Source: Octopus vulgaris
Taxonomy: Eukaryota
Assembly: GCA_951406725.2 (NCBI GenBank)
Contig: OX597823.1
Coordinates: 114,390,001-114,454,000, forward strand
Direction: 5' to 3'
Length of the DNA stretch: 64,000 nucleotides
The position numbers and the translations under genes were made by a program. The notes under the pieces are model-generated. The model was given only the letters and a program-made list of their open reading frames with translations. It did no database searches and had not been told where the DNA came from. Below are positions 15,172 to 27,096 of this stretch, piece by piece (the stretch's first letter is position 1; every line of letters starts with the position of its first letter).

Positions 15172-15412
15172 TATATCTGGAAATGTAATATGTGACAATT
15201 ATTTGGTAGCTATAATAAAACTCCGAGTTTCGGATGTTGAGGTGGAAATCCATGCCACCATCTTTTCGGTTATCTGGCCATCGGAAAAATATTATTAAAA
15301 AACTCATGGCTACTGAATAATTGTCACATATTACATTTACAGATAAATTCCTCTATTTACATAATATGAAGGTCTCTTTCTTTCTTTTGTTGTCTTACGA
15401 TTTTTATCAATA
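15172..15412. mobile_element. Small repeat with ~40-bp internal inverted repeats between (TA)n tracts
   Basis: tatctggaaatgtaatatgtgacaattatttggtagctat (15174-15213) versus atggctactgaataattgtcacatattacatttacagata (15306-15345). Confidence 0.6.
15215..15273 (-). ncRNA. Degenerate hammerhead-like motif inside a small inverted-repeat element
   Basis: Reverse complement: ataa-CCGAAAA-GATG...CATC-c-GAAACTC(g)GAGT-T-ttat. Helices are intact but the core has two mismatches to CUGANGA. Confidence 0.4.
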
Positions 15413-15550
15413 TATATATATATTCATTAAAGTTGAGTTTTCATATCAAGTAGTAAAGATTAAAAATTCAACATTAAGTTGAAGGATTAATCAATATATT
15501 TTAGCAAAGTGCATATCTATACGAATTTAACAGAACTATACAAATACAGT

Positions 15551-15794
15551 TCTATACTTAAGAGATGAGAAATTATATACATTATTTACACTATTTACAT
15601 TATTTACATTTGACGGATATTTGTCCTCATCTTATTTGTTGTTACAACTTTTCAGCTGTTATACTCTCCAGCCTTCATCTATTCATAGTTTGAATAGATG
15701 TATGTATATGGCATTGTGGTTAAGAGCGCGGGCTACTAACCCCAAGATTCCGAGTTCGATTCCAGGCAGTGGCCTGAATAATAGTTATAGTTAT

Positions 15795-15850
<56 letters not shown>

Positions 15851-15955
15851 GTTCGAAAAATACCTTAGGAATGAGAACTCAGGTTCGACATTTCCCCAAG
15901 ACACCTGATGAAGGCTGGAGGGTATATCAGCCGAAACGTAGTGCTAACAACAAAC
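15551..15955 (+). mobile_element. tRNA-headed, hammerhead-bearing repeat with an inverted copy of its 3' part
   Basis: Inverted 3' arm 15551-15679, tRNA-like head 15709-15774 (A box tggcattgtgg, B box gagttcgattcc), (AAT)n, body and hammerhead at 15900. Confidence 0.7.
15900..15945 (+). ncRNA. Minimal type I hammerhead ribozyme motif (canonical core)
   Basis: gacac-CTGATGA-a-GGCTG(gagggtatat)CAGCC-GAAAC-GTA-gtgct. Stem II is perfect, stem III is palindromic with no loop, stem I is gacac/gtgct. Predicted cleavage after 15940. Confidence 0.75.
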
Positions 15956-16026
15956 TTCGCAGTCACTGTCAATTCTTAACTCGTAAAATATCTTATACTC
16001 GTACATACTCAAACACAATTTAAAAT

Positions 16027-16237
16027 TTTTGCACAAGGCCAGCAATTTCGTGGGTGGGGATTGGCAAAACTCGATTACATCCACCCCAGTTCTCAACTAG
16101 TACTTATTTTATCGACTCCGAAAGCTTGAAAAGCAAAGTAGACCTCAGCAGAATTGGAATTCGGAACGTAAACACGCACGAAATGACGCAAAGCATTTTG
16201 GCAGACGCTCTAACGATTCTGCCCGCCCACCGCCTTA
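16027..16237 (-). mobile_element. SINE family A, diverged copy
   Basis: Colinear similarity to the other copies with many substitutions. Confidence 0.75.
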
Positions 16238-16799
16238 AATACATATACTGAAAGTTGAAAGCAAAACAAATGAAAACTGATTACTTGCAAAAACGTTTAC
16301 AAGTGTCAGGACGATGTGTTCTTCATAGATTTGAACTTAATAAGGGAATATTGAAACGCACAATGGTGAAGAGAACAAACCGTGAGCTTCGGAAAATTCT
16401 ATTCCTAGCAGTGACAGTTCTTAAAGGTAATTACTTATGTGACTCTTGTTTTGCTAGTCAAGTAATGGTCAACTTTATAGGCCTGTGGTTACAATTGTAA
16501 ACGTGAGAAAATGTTTACTAGCAAAATTGGAAGAAAGTTTTTGAAAAATTTTTCGGTAAACAAAATATTTACAAAATTTTCTCATAATTCATTACACAAA
16601 CTGCAAAAAAAAAAAAACGTTTTCAAGTTGTTCCCACCGCATTAATTTCATCCGTCATGTTTTATCAATTAGGTTCTTGGATGCGAATTAAATATTTCTC
16701 AAATAAATATAACGTTCATAGCTTCATTTCATTGTTGTAAGTTAGCTATTTTCAAGTTTCAGAATGTAAAGTTGTATTCCAGAAGATTTGTGACTCTTT

Positions 16800-17363
16800 T
16801 AGGAGAGACATTCGTTTATTTCAAAGAACTCGTAAAGTTCTCAAAGAAGTCCTCCAAAGTGAAGGTGCCTAGGATCTTGTTGCAGCCTTCTTCATCTCAA
16901 TATCTTCAAAACGACTGCTCCGGAATATGAAGCTCTCCTTCACCTTGGAAAACAACCAAAAGTTACAGGCAGCAAGAACTGAACTATAAGGAAATGAGGA
17001 ACTCTTTTATCAGGATTGACTTGTTGGCTGAAGCATCTTTCGGTTGCAGGTGGAAATGCTCTGACCTTATGTGACGAAATAGCTTCAAATCCTCTACAAA
17101 AGATTTTTGTTTCACCTTCTGGTCAGAGCAAACCTAGTGGATGTAGATGAGGTCCTTTCTGTTGACAAAGATGTTGATCAAGAACTTCCCAGTGGAACTG
17201 CTTTGCTTTGTCTCTCGTTTCATCGAAAAGCAGATGATCGGCTATTAAGTTAATCCATAACTATCTAAATCATTTCATAAGTTTCTGTAGAGTTTTTGTT
17301 CAGCTTGACACAAAATGTTATTGCATATCTCGCTTCCAAATTATCTTCACGTCCCGACTGCAT
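16800..17363 (-). pseudogene. Internally deleted mariner transposase relic (second family)
   Basis: Minus strand gives MQSGREDNLEARYAITFCVKLNKNSTETYEM (mariner N-terminus) and PYSSVLAACNFWLFSKVKES (cf. PYSPDLAPCDFWLFPKLK). Confidence 0.8.
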
Positions 17364-17986
17364 TCTGAAAACTAGTAAGCTCCGATGAGCAGTGTTTAGT
17401 AGGATGTGTTCAAAGTACTGAGCCAGCCGTCTCGTTCAATCTGGAATAACGAAAATTAGTATGTTAGTTTACTGGATGTATGGTAACTAAAATTACTATA
17501 ATCTAGGATAGATATAATTGCTAGTACTGAAAGAGAGAGAAAAAAAACTTCTAGTATGCACCGCTGAGATCAGGATAGTGGATAGTTTTCTAACTCAGCT
17601 GTTTTTCAGTTCCAGAAATTGTGTCTTCCTCTGCAAACTGAACACACCTACACTCTTCTGAAAGCATGCGTACCGTTAATAATTTCTCTATATCTGAAGG
17701 TTTACGTACATATTGAGATACTTATGAAGGTAAGTGCATAAAACTTGAATCCAGAAAAACACTAAACTTTCATTCTAAAGCATTCGCTTAATGGTATACT
17801 TGATACACACATACTTAATTATATAGATACATATTAAAATATATAGAGAGTATATTATAGTAATTCATTTTGAAACGCTGAATCACAGTTATATCTCCTT
17901 TTCTGTATCGATATACATTTCTCTCTCTCCCTCCTCTCTTTCTCTCTCTCTCTCTTTCTCTCTCGGTCTCATGTCTTTATGTAGAG

Positions 17987-18216
17987 CAGTGGTTCTCAAC
18001 ATATGGACCCTTTGATTCACATTTTACTCTACTGGACCTCAATATATAATGGGACTTTCAAAAAAGTAACATTATATTTCTATAATTAAAATATTATTAG
18101 GGATTGTATTTTAAAATGGTTGAAATATTTAGAAGTATAACCATGTACGTAAACTGTAACTGCAAAATCATATGTGGACACCCATGGGCGATTTGGACCC
18201 TGGTTGAGAACCACTG
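17987..18216. mobile_element. hAT (Charlie-like) MITE
   Basis: TIRs cagtggttctcaac / gttgagaaccactg. 8-bp TSD atgtagag / atgtaggg (7/8 match). Confidence 0.85.
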
Positions 18217-18857
18217 ATGTAGGGTAATCGGCAAGAAAATAACTCTCCTAGGGATAGTGATGCTGTCCAGTCACGAACTATCATACTCTGTATGATAACC
18301 AATATGATTTACATAAAAATTCTTGCCGGTGATTTATGCTTATCCATTTCATCAATAAATTGAAGGCATTTCTAAAATGTTGTCACTGTTTGACTTGTGT
18401 ACAGTAGCAACCGATTCTCCCTCAAATTATGCTCATTCGTCCCAATATAAAAAACCAAAACGAGACAATGATATCTGAGATATACGATGCCGAAAACAAG
18501 TAAAACTTAGCCATTACTGGAATGGCTTTGATGGTAGGACTTAAATAATGACAACATTACAAGTAAGAGCTTTTTTCAATGTGTTAATTAAACTATGAGA
18601 CTGGTTACTTGGCAACCGATCCGCAATGAATAAACAAGTTTAATGTATTGCTTTTCTTCCACAGCTGGTGCTAATAATATCGCTGCTTGTTGTTGTACTG
18701 ATGGCTGACGTCATCATCGTCATCGTCGTCGTGATTGTGGTCAGAATCTCACTCAATGATAATATCTGATATATTGTGAACCGGATTGATGACCAAACAA
18801 CTTCTTTGATATATCCTAATTAACTCAAAGTGTTATACACACATCTATTCAAACTAT

Positions 18858-19000
<143 letters not shown>

Positions 19001-19101
19001 AACGGGAAGCTTTACGAAAATAAACAAAAGACGAAGGCAGGTGGAGTACAAACAAACAATTAAACAAGGAGAGAATAAAAATGCGTGCAGGAGCTAACGA
19101 T
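19001..19101 (-). mobile_element. Internally deleted copy of the 49640 repeat (hammerhead segment missing)
   Basis: tttacgaaaataaacaaaagacgaaggcaggtggagtacaaac matches rc 49785-49830, joined directly to aaggagagaataaaaatg...gctaacgat, which matches rc 49652-49686. Confidence 0.6.
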
Positions 19102-19650
19102 TAATAATTAAGGGTACTAGCAGACAGTATCGGCATGCTAACATAGCAGTTACAAGGGCCAAACCATAAGTTAAACACAAACCTTAAACACAATGGGGAA
19201 AGTGGGCAAATGAATAAAGAAAAAAACAAGACTCTGTTCCAATGACGAAAATAATCGGAAATTGAAAAGCCAGACATACCCGTATCACCGTGATTTCGAA
19301 CTTTCAGAAATACTCTCAGTTCATCTCCAGCGAGTCTCACTTATCCCATGGTTGTAGAGTTTATTCATGTCAACTAATGTGTGCGATGACTACATTTAAT
19401 GCCGCAGCATATTTTAAAATGTGATCGAAGTGAGTTAAAAATTATTCAAATGAGGTTATCATTATTTATAATAATATCAGTGATACGGGTATGTGTGACT
19501 TTTCAGTTTCCGATTATTTTCGGGATGTTCGGAGTTTTTATTCTTTTAGCCGCTTTGAGCTTCGTGTTTAAGTGAAACCTTGAGCTCTGGTCACCCTGAC
19601 TGGTATGCTCGAATACCGGCAGTGCCTGTTATTACCCTTAATTATTAATT
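19099..19650. mobile_element. MITE-like element with long imperfect inverted repeats
   Basis: attaataattaagggta...cgaaaataatcggaaattgaaaagccagacatacccgtatcac (19100-19289) mirrors gtgatacgggtatgtgtgacttttcagtttccgattattttcg...tacccttaattattaat (19480-19649). Confidence 0.7.
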
Positions 19651-19819
19651 GATAATTTATACCTTTATAAGGTTTTTACACATGCTAAGCTACTAATATT
19701 ATTACAAACAATATCCTCATATGTGTGTATATATATACATGCATACAATTTAACGTATGAAAGCGTCTCATAAAGCGAGATTTCTATATATCTTAAATTT
19801 GCGGAAGAATTTGTGGTAT

Positions 19820-19898
19820 GGCGGTTTAGCTTAATGGTTTAGAGCAGAGCGACGCGTAATCACGGAGGTGTGAGTTCGCGTCTCATAGCCGGCCACCA
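19820..19898 (+). pseudogene. tRNA-like sequence (CGT anticodon, Thr-like), pseudogene or orphan SINE head
   Basis: A box tagcttaatggt, anticodon loop cg-CGT-aa, T arm gtgagttcgcgtctca, 3' CCA, then a T6 run. Stems are imperfect. Confidence 0.5.
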
Positions 19899-20286
19899 AC
19901 ACTTTTTTCTGCAAAATTAGGTGTAGCTTATCCTGTTCAGGCTATATTAATACATATATATACATACATACACACATGTTTATACGTATATATGCAGATA
20001 CATATATAAATAAATTGGGATGACAAAGGAAGCAAACAGGTTATGTTATGAAATTCATCAGCTTCCAGCTGTTTCTGCTATAAGAGTGTAATGCACTCAT
20101 TGCTGAGTGCTTGAGTATCACCCTATAGCTTTATCGAAGCTTCAAACATGAAGGGCAAGTTATTTGGGAATACATTCCCAAATTCTTATCACCACTCTGT
20201 ACTCAAATAACGCTTCGTACTGAACCATATGTATATTCTAACATCAGGTTATTAGCATATCGCTAATATATATATATAAGTGACTA

Positions 20287-20322
<36 letters not shown>

Positions 20323-20393
20323 GGAGAGAGAGAGAGAAAGAAAGGGAGACAGTGGGGAGAGAGATTGTGAAAGGGAGAGATGAAGATGTGAAT

Positions 20394-20464
<71 letters not shown>

Positions 20465-23059
20465 CAGATTCTTGAGTAGGTTCGTGAACCAGTGACTGAG
20501 GGTAAACAAGTTTAATGCCATTTCAAATAATTTTGAGAGATATTTGAACCGTTAAATGGCTTTTCGCCGCAGTTTTTCTTGGAAGAAATTCCTGGTTCTA
20601 AACTAAGAAACGTCTAAACACTATAGTCAGTTCAGAGCGCCCTCTCCTATATAGGTAGATACATTTCGAATTCATTAGTCCTCTTGAACTTCAGATCCCA
20701 AGGATAGGCAACTCTGATCTGAGAAGGAAACTATGCTTCCTTTGTAAGAAATCATACAATATTGTTGATTGATTGTTCATAACGGGTACCAGGTCGGAAC
20801 AGATCCTTGAGCAGATGCACGAAGCAGTGAGTGAATGTAAATTAAATTTAAGACGTATTCTAATATATCCAGATATTTGAAGAACAAGTAGAAAGATATA
20901 TATTTTTACGACACATAAATACTGTACAGTATATGTAAAGGATAAAATTCTTTTTTTAAGTGCAGAAATATTTTGCCGGCATTTTTTTCTGCTCTTAGAA
21001 AAGATTTTATTCTTTATATATACTGTTCAGTATTTTCGTGTTGAAAAAATACATCTTTCTGCTTGGTCTACAATACATTTCAACGCCTCAAAATCAAACT
21101 TGTTTGTTTATATATGACGTAATAGATATTTGAAATTTTGAATGGCTTTTCACTGCAGTTTATCGTGAATAAATTTTTAACTTCAAATATAAAGAAATCA
21201 CAAGTGAAACTTTTCGTCTGAGACGTTGTTGCCAAAAAAAAAATACAATCACTGACTTGTGATTAATATACAGAGTCCCCTGTTATTGAAAACAAAGAAG
21301 AACGACAAGACAAGGAATATCAATGGAACATTCTCTTCAAAACTTTTACCATGTGCAATAAAATAGACGTCAGTTACCCTGCAGAAGTGTCCATGTTTTT
21401 GAAAATCAACGAAAAAGAGCATAACTCCTGTCAACTGTTTTGAAGAGCCAGTTTCTATTCTCAGATTATAAATTCACATTTTTACCAATAATAATTCTTG
21501 GACATTTTAATGCTAAGTGACAAACTGGAAAAGCTGGGGTTTTTAGAAAATTAATCAACCAGTCGAGATGCATATTACAAATACAATCTGTGGGGCGGAA
21601 GAGGAAAAATATGCAAATCTTGCCGGTGGTTTTAAATATGAATTTGTTTCTGTTATCTATATTCCAATGATACAGCTTTGTATCTTTGCTGAAAAACCAC
21701 TCCTTCCTTAAATGAAGACTTCAAACAAGTAATAATTTTAAAGAAAATACATAGATACGCACACACGAGAATCAATGTTTTCCCACTAGACTGGAAACAT
21801 AAAAAAATGACGTTTCAAATACACTTGGGGCCGCATAAGAGATTTATTCAAATTAATTTTACCAGTTTAACAATTTCAGGTTTTTCAAAAGTAAATATTG
21901 ATATTGGTAACTCAGTGTATATCACAGAATAAAGAAAATAAGCAAGATTGACATTTATACATTGGCACTTCACTGTTGATGAATCTACACATTTGATTGA
22001 TTGTTTTAGACACGCGATATTTTTTATTATTTCGGTAGAGACTGTTTTATAGGCTTGGCGAATGTATCTGTTAAATATGTTGGCATAATTTGTTGAATCG
22101 TACTTCGTATTTCTCAATAAAAATATCTTTTTTTATTTACCAGAGTTTTCAACTAACTTCAGCGATTGGACTGCGGCCATGTTGAGACGTATATTCACAC
22201 GCATCAGTGTATATGCATATATGTGTGTGTGAGTGCGCGCGTGTGTGGGTGTGTGTCTGTGTGTCTGCGTCTGCGTGCGCCCATGCGCGTGTGTGTATGT
22301 CTGTGTATTTATGGGTCTTTTTTCTTTGTATGTATGTATGTATGCATGTATGTATGTATGTATGTATGTATGCATTAATGTATGCATGTATGTATGTTTG
22401 TATGTATTTATGTATGTGTGCGACTCTCTACACATCCGTACAGAGAAGCACTCATGTGCTTATATTATATTGAAATCATTTCCTGGCTCTTTATACCTTA
22501 TTTGTATAAGAGAGTTCAATAGCTAAAACCATATGTATACACGTTCATATGCACAAAACCGGACATCTATGCGTACACACCTGCATACACGCAGTTTTAC
22601 ACACACCTATTCTTATATATTTTTCCGCGTGCACAGCCATTTATGTATATACTGCAGGTATATTAAATAAGTTTACATATACATGCAGGCATGTGTGTAT
22701 TTATGTACTTGAAAACTCAGAGGTTCGCATTTGTTTTAGACTTATATATAAACACAAGTATATACGAAAGCATCCACGTACCTTCTTTCACAAAGAAATA
22801 TATTTAGTTATAAAGTAAATGGATCTCGGTCAGTATAACCAATGAGTTTTCATTTATTTGATCGTGTGTACCATATGCTCTTTGAATTATCAGGACCGTG
22901 TCTAAGAATTCAAAGTACGAGTAACCCTAATTGACCTTTGAAATACATGTACAGTCTATCAGACAGACGTCCGATCATGTTGGATCGAAGTGAGAATGAG
23001 AGCTGCCCAAGAATTCACGTCGTGGGATCGAACCCAAACCCTCAGAACAAACTTCTTAA

Positions 23060-23125
<66 letters not shown>

Positions 23126-23416
23126 ATACACTCACGCGAACGCATACATGCGCAAACATTCAACCAGATAAACGCATTCAAGCTACACTTAACACAAACA
23201 AACGCATATGCAACCATTTTTATGAAAAGCATTTATAAAACTCTCCTTTTAAAATTACATATAAAAATAAATGTTTTGATACAGAAAAGAAAGGAAGATA
23301 GAAACAGATAAAAGAAAAGAGAAGAGAAGAAGAAAATGATAGAAGAAAGGGTTGACTGCATGAGAGGGGTGGTTTAAAGGAAGAGGGTATATATGAATAA
23401 GAGGGATCATGAGACA

Positions 23417-23782
23417 GGCTGCTGCTGTTGAGCGAAGCGGTCTTCGTAGGAGAAATCCGAAACGTGGTCCTTTGCTATTCGTAAGACCCGCAGAAGAGAA
23501 AGAAGTTCAACTCCTGACACCGAGAGCATCGACGGATGGATGGATGCGCATCCAGGCTCAGCGGTTGCGTAGGAAGTCGGGGACAAGAAACAGGAAGAAA
23601 GAGTGAGGGAAAGTTGGAGCGAAAGAGTACAACAGGGGTCTCCACAACTCCCTGCCGGGGCCTCGTGGAGCTTTAGGTGTTTTCACTCAATAAACACACA
23701 CAACGCTTGGTCTGGGAATCGAAACTCCGATCCTCCGAACGTGCGTCCGCTGCCCTGACCATTGGGCCATTTCGCCTCCACT
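23417..23782 (-). mobile_element. tRNA-derived SINE family C
   Basis: Minus-strand head ggcgaaatggcccaatggtcagggc...gtttcgattccc, GC-rich body and (CAG)n end. Confidence 0.65.
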
Positions 23783-24139
23783 ACAGGTTGCTGCTGGAAA
23801 ACCGGGTGGAGAGAAAATGACACATAAGCTTAGTGAAACATAGTTGTTCAGATATTTCACAAGCATAAAGGACACTGAAAGAGCAGGAACTGAATATTAG
23901 CCGAGCAAATGGTAAGTGGTGAGAAAAAACGACAAAAGAATTGAAAAAATGGAAAATGCCGAAGAAAATCACAGGAAACAGTTGAGAAAAACTGGCTGCA
24001 GTATAATACGCACACGTTAATAACTGCACATTTATGCATATCGTTTCAGGTAGACAAAGATGCATATATTCAAATATACACACTGAGACACTTTTCCGTA
24101 ACCACAGGAGTGTATGTGATAGTTTACCTTTTTATGGTT

Positions 24140-24260
24140 AGAGTTAACTGAAGCAACATGAAATGAAGTGCTTAGCTCAAAAACACAAGGAACTCCTGTC
24201 TGGAATCGAAACCACAATATTGCCATCGTAACTGCAAGACACAAACCACTGTGCCATGCG
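24140..24260 (-). mobile_element. SINE head plus CORE-like fragment
   Basis: Minus strand atggcacagtggtt...gtttcgattcc...ttgagctaagcacttcatttca. Related fragments at ~44015-44162 (-) and ~9684-9850 (+). Confidence 0.5.
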
Positions 24261-25093
24261 TCTATGAAATGTGATGTCTCTGCAGTAATGTTCATGTGTA
24301 TATGTATATATACAATATGTGTGTGTGTAATTGCGTATACATATACATATATACTTACACACATACACATATATATTTATATACACTCGTGTACACGCAC
24401 ACATAGACACACACGACATACACATTAATAAAAGCATCCACACACACACACATACAAGAACAAATAAAACTCGAGTGTTATGTATGGGCGACATTACTGA
24501 ACACCGATCGTTCAAAGCGAGGGGGGAACAAGTAGAAATTTTAACCGTACCTAATATTTAATGTTGTATGTCAAATGGTTTGTCTCTTTAATTGTCATAT
24601 GTTCTGTAATAAATCTATCGACCAGTTTCTCAGACACTTTTGTGTCATAAAGTGAAGACACTCTAGCTAGTTCCGACCGCTTTGTTTCGGAATTCAAGCT
24701 TGAATATTCCAGGAAGTAATTTAGACCATTTAATCTTGTTACTTAGAGACAAAGCGATAAGCTAAATTTAGCTAAAAGTTTTAAGTACTTTCGTCTTGCT
24801 AGAAATGTCCTGTTAGCAGAAGCAAACGGAAAGTGTAAACCTGATGTCGACGTTCATTGTATATATTAGTTGAGTAAATGAGAGAAGAACTGGATATATG
24901 TCGTAATAGTAACTGCGCCTCAGTCTTGGTATAACGCCAGCCTTGTACTTGCTTTCCTCACTCACCTCAAATATTGGTGATGGATTAGCAGATTTGATGG
25001 AGTGTTGGACAAAACGCCTCACCATATTTCTTCACATTTCCTTGCATCGAGTGTTCAAACTCGCCTGAGTCGTCCTTATCTATCACCCTTCTA

Positions 25094-25327
25094 TCTATTT
25101 CTTTACTACTCACAAGGCGCTAAACACAGAGAGGACAAACAAGGACAGACAGACGGATTAAGTCGATTATATCGACCCCTGTGCGTAACTGGTACTTATT
25201 TAATCGACCCCGAAAGGATGAAAGGCAAAGTCGACCTCGGCGGAATTTGAACTCAGAACGTAACGCAGACGAAATACCGCTAAGCATTTCGCCCGGCGCG
25301 CTAACGTTTCTGCCAGCTCGCCGCCTT
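25094..25327 (-). mobile_element. SINE family A, young copy inserted in an older opposite-strand relative
   Basis: Near-consensus sequence. Flanking ttatctatca(c/t)ccttcta is duplicated. A diverged + strand head lies at ~24975-25090. Confidence 0.88.
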
Positions 25328-26818
25328 ATCTATCATCCTTCTACCATCTCTAAAATATTTGCCAGTTAATTACTGAGTTCGATTTAAATGTTTGGACTTG
25401 CATCCTAATTAGAAATTAGAATAATGCAAGACGTTCGCAATGGTAATTCTGTCAATCATAATGATGTAATACTTCACCCGGTGCTACAAGCAAAATTCCA
25501 CTCTTCTTAATTATTTCGACATATTCCCAGTGTAATAAATTCGAATACAGACAATCGATAATGGTTTTTAAAAATTCTTTTTGTGCTTCAGATCACTCGT
25601 ACCTCCTGCCACCACTACCGTCATGGTAAGGAGGGTTGATGTAATTGTTTTACTGAATTCAAGTACGGCCATAAAGAAGAATCTAAATTGCTCACTGATC
25701 AATGACCTCTTTTAAAATTTATGTTGGTCTATATACCCATTCGAGGCTTCTGGCATGATGAGCAGTGAAATTTACTCCCCGCCACTACGGGAGGAGTGGG
25801 AATGAAAGATTCTGAAGACTGACCATTCTGTAGTTTTGTTGAGGAAGTACCCTGAGTTTAGTAAAAAGATATAACACTATGATTTGTGATATTTTCACTG
25901 TTGTCTGGGAAAAACAATCTAGAAATTTGATACACCACGTTTAGCGGCATAAATGCATCACAGTTGTTTTGAAAAGTGACCCAAGTATGTGAAACGGTAC
26001 AGTAGCAACGATCGTACTTACATAATTTTCTGAGTAACAGCCAGGAGATAGTAACAGTAGTAAAGTTTGAATAAGCAATAATATTTAAAACTGGAAGTAC
26101 ATGTAACAGTAGAAAAATGTCCGTCTTCAGTTGTCTGGGTAAACAATGAACTGAATCAGGTGTAATCCATCAAAATATCCTCATTGGTGAACCTGCCTGT
26201 CGTGGGTTATTAACGACCAGATTTATGTAACCAGGCCATTGTTTATTTTACTTTGGATTGAGTTGTCTGGGATTCCTGTTATGACACGGAAATAAAGATT
26301 GCAGTGTATAAATATGTGTATATTTGTGTGTGTGTGTGTCTGTGTGCTTGTTCATGCGTGAATGTAGACTACGTATCTCTGCGCCTCTATGTGTGTCTGT
26401 GTGTCTGTGTGTGTGTATGTTTGTGCTGTAGTAAAGACACATCTGTGTTCGATCTTGGTCGTCTTGTTCTCAAAGATTTTTTCGTATTTTTTCATTTCTC
26501 CTTTAAATTTCATCTGAAAGATTCGTTTTCCTAAAACCATTAAGTCCATTAACACTTCGAAGTTATCTCAACTCTGTCGCACAATGAAATGATTGTAAGA
26601 ATTCCTGTTCTCTTGTTTGTGAATGTTTTTGTCGTGAATGTTTTTGTCGCAGAAAACCATAGCAGAACATTTTTCTTTACTTTATTTTTTCTAATACCAC
26701 ATTTAAAACTTATTAAATGGTCAAGCTTGGTATTTTCATTTTTTTGTTTTTTCTATCTGTTCTGTAGATTCTAATATTCTATAAGGAAAGCCATCTTATA
26801 TATATATATATATATATG

Positions 26819-27049
26819 TTTCTTTATTGCCCACAAGGGGCTAAACATAGAGGGGACAAACAAGGACAGACAGACAGATTAAATCGACTATATCGATCCC
26901 AGTGCGTAACTGGTACTTAATTTATCGACCCCGAAAGGATGAAAGGCAAAGTCGACCTCGGCGGAATTTGAACTCAGAACGTAACGGCAGACGAATTACC
27001 TCTACGCGTTTCGCCTGGCGTGCTAACGGTTCTGCCAGCTCGCCGCCTT
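26819..27049 (-). mobile_element. SINE family A
   Basis: Near-consensus copy between (TA)n tracts. Confidence 0.9.
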
Positions 27050-27057
27050 ATCCACCT

Positions 27058-27096
<39 letters not shown>

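Noticed and set aside
23424-23470. CTGTTGA...GAAACGTG hammerhead-like string in SINE C
   Set aside because: No single closing stem II, G at the cleavage position, and no stem I.
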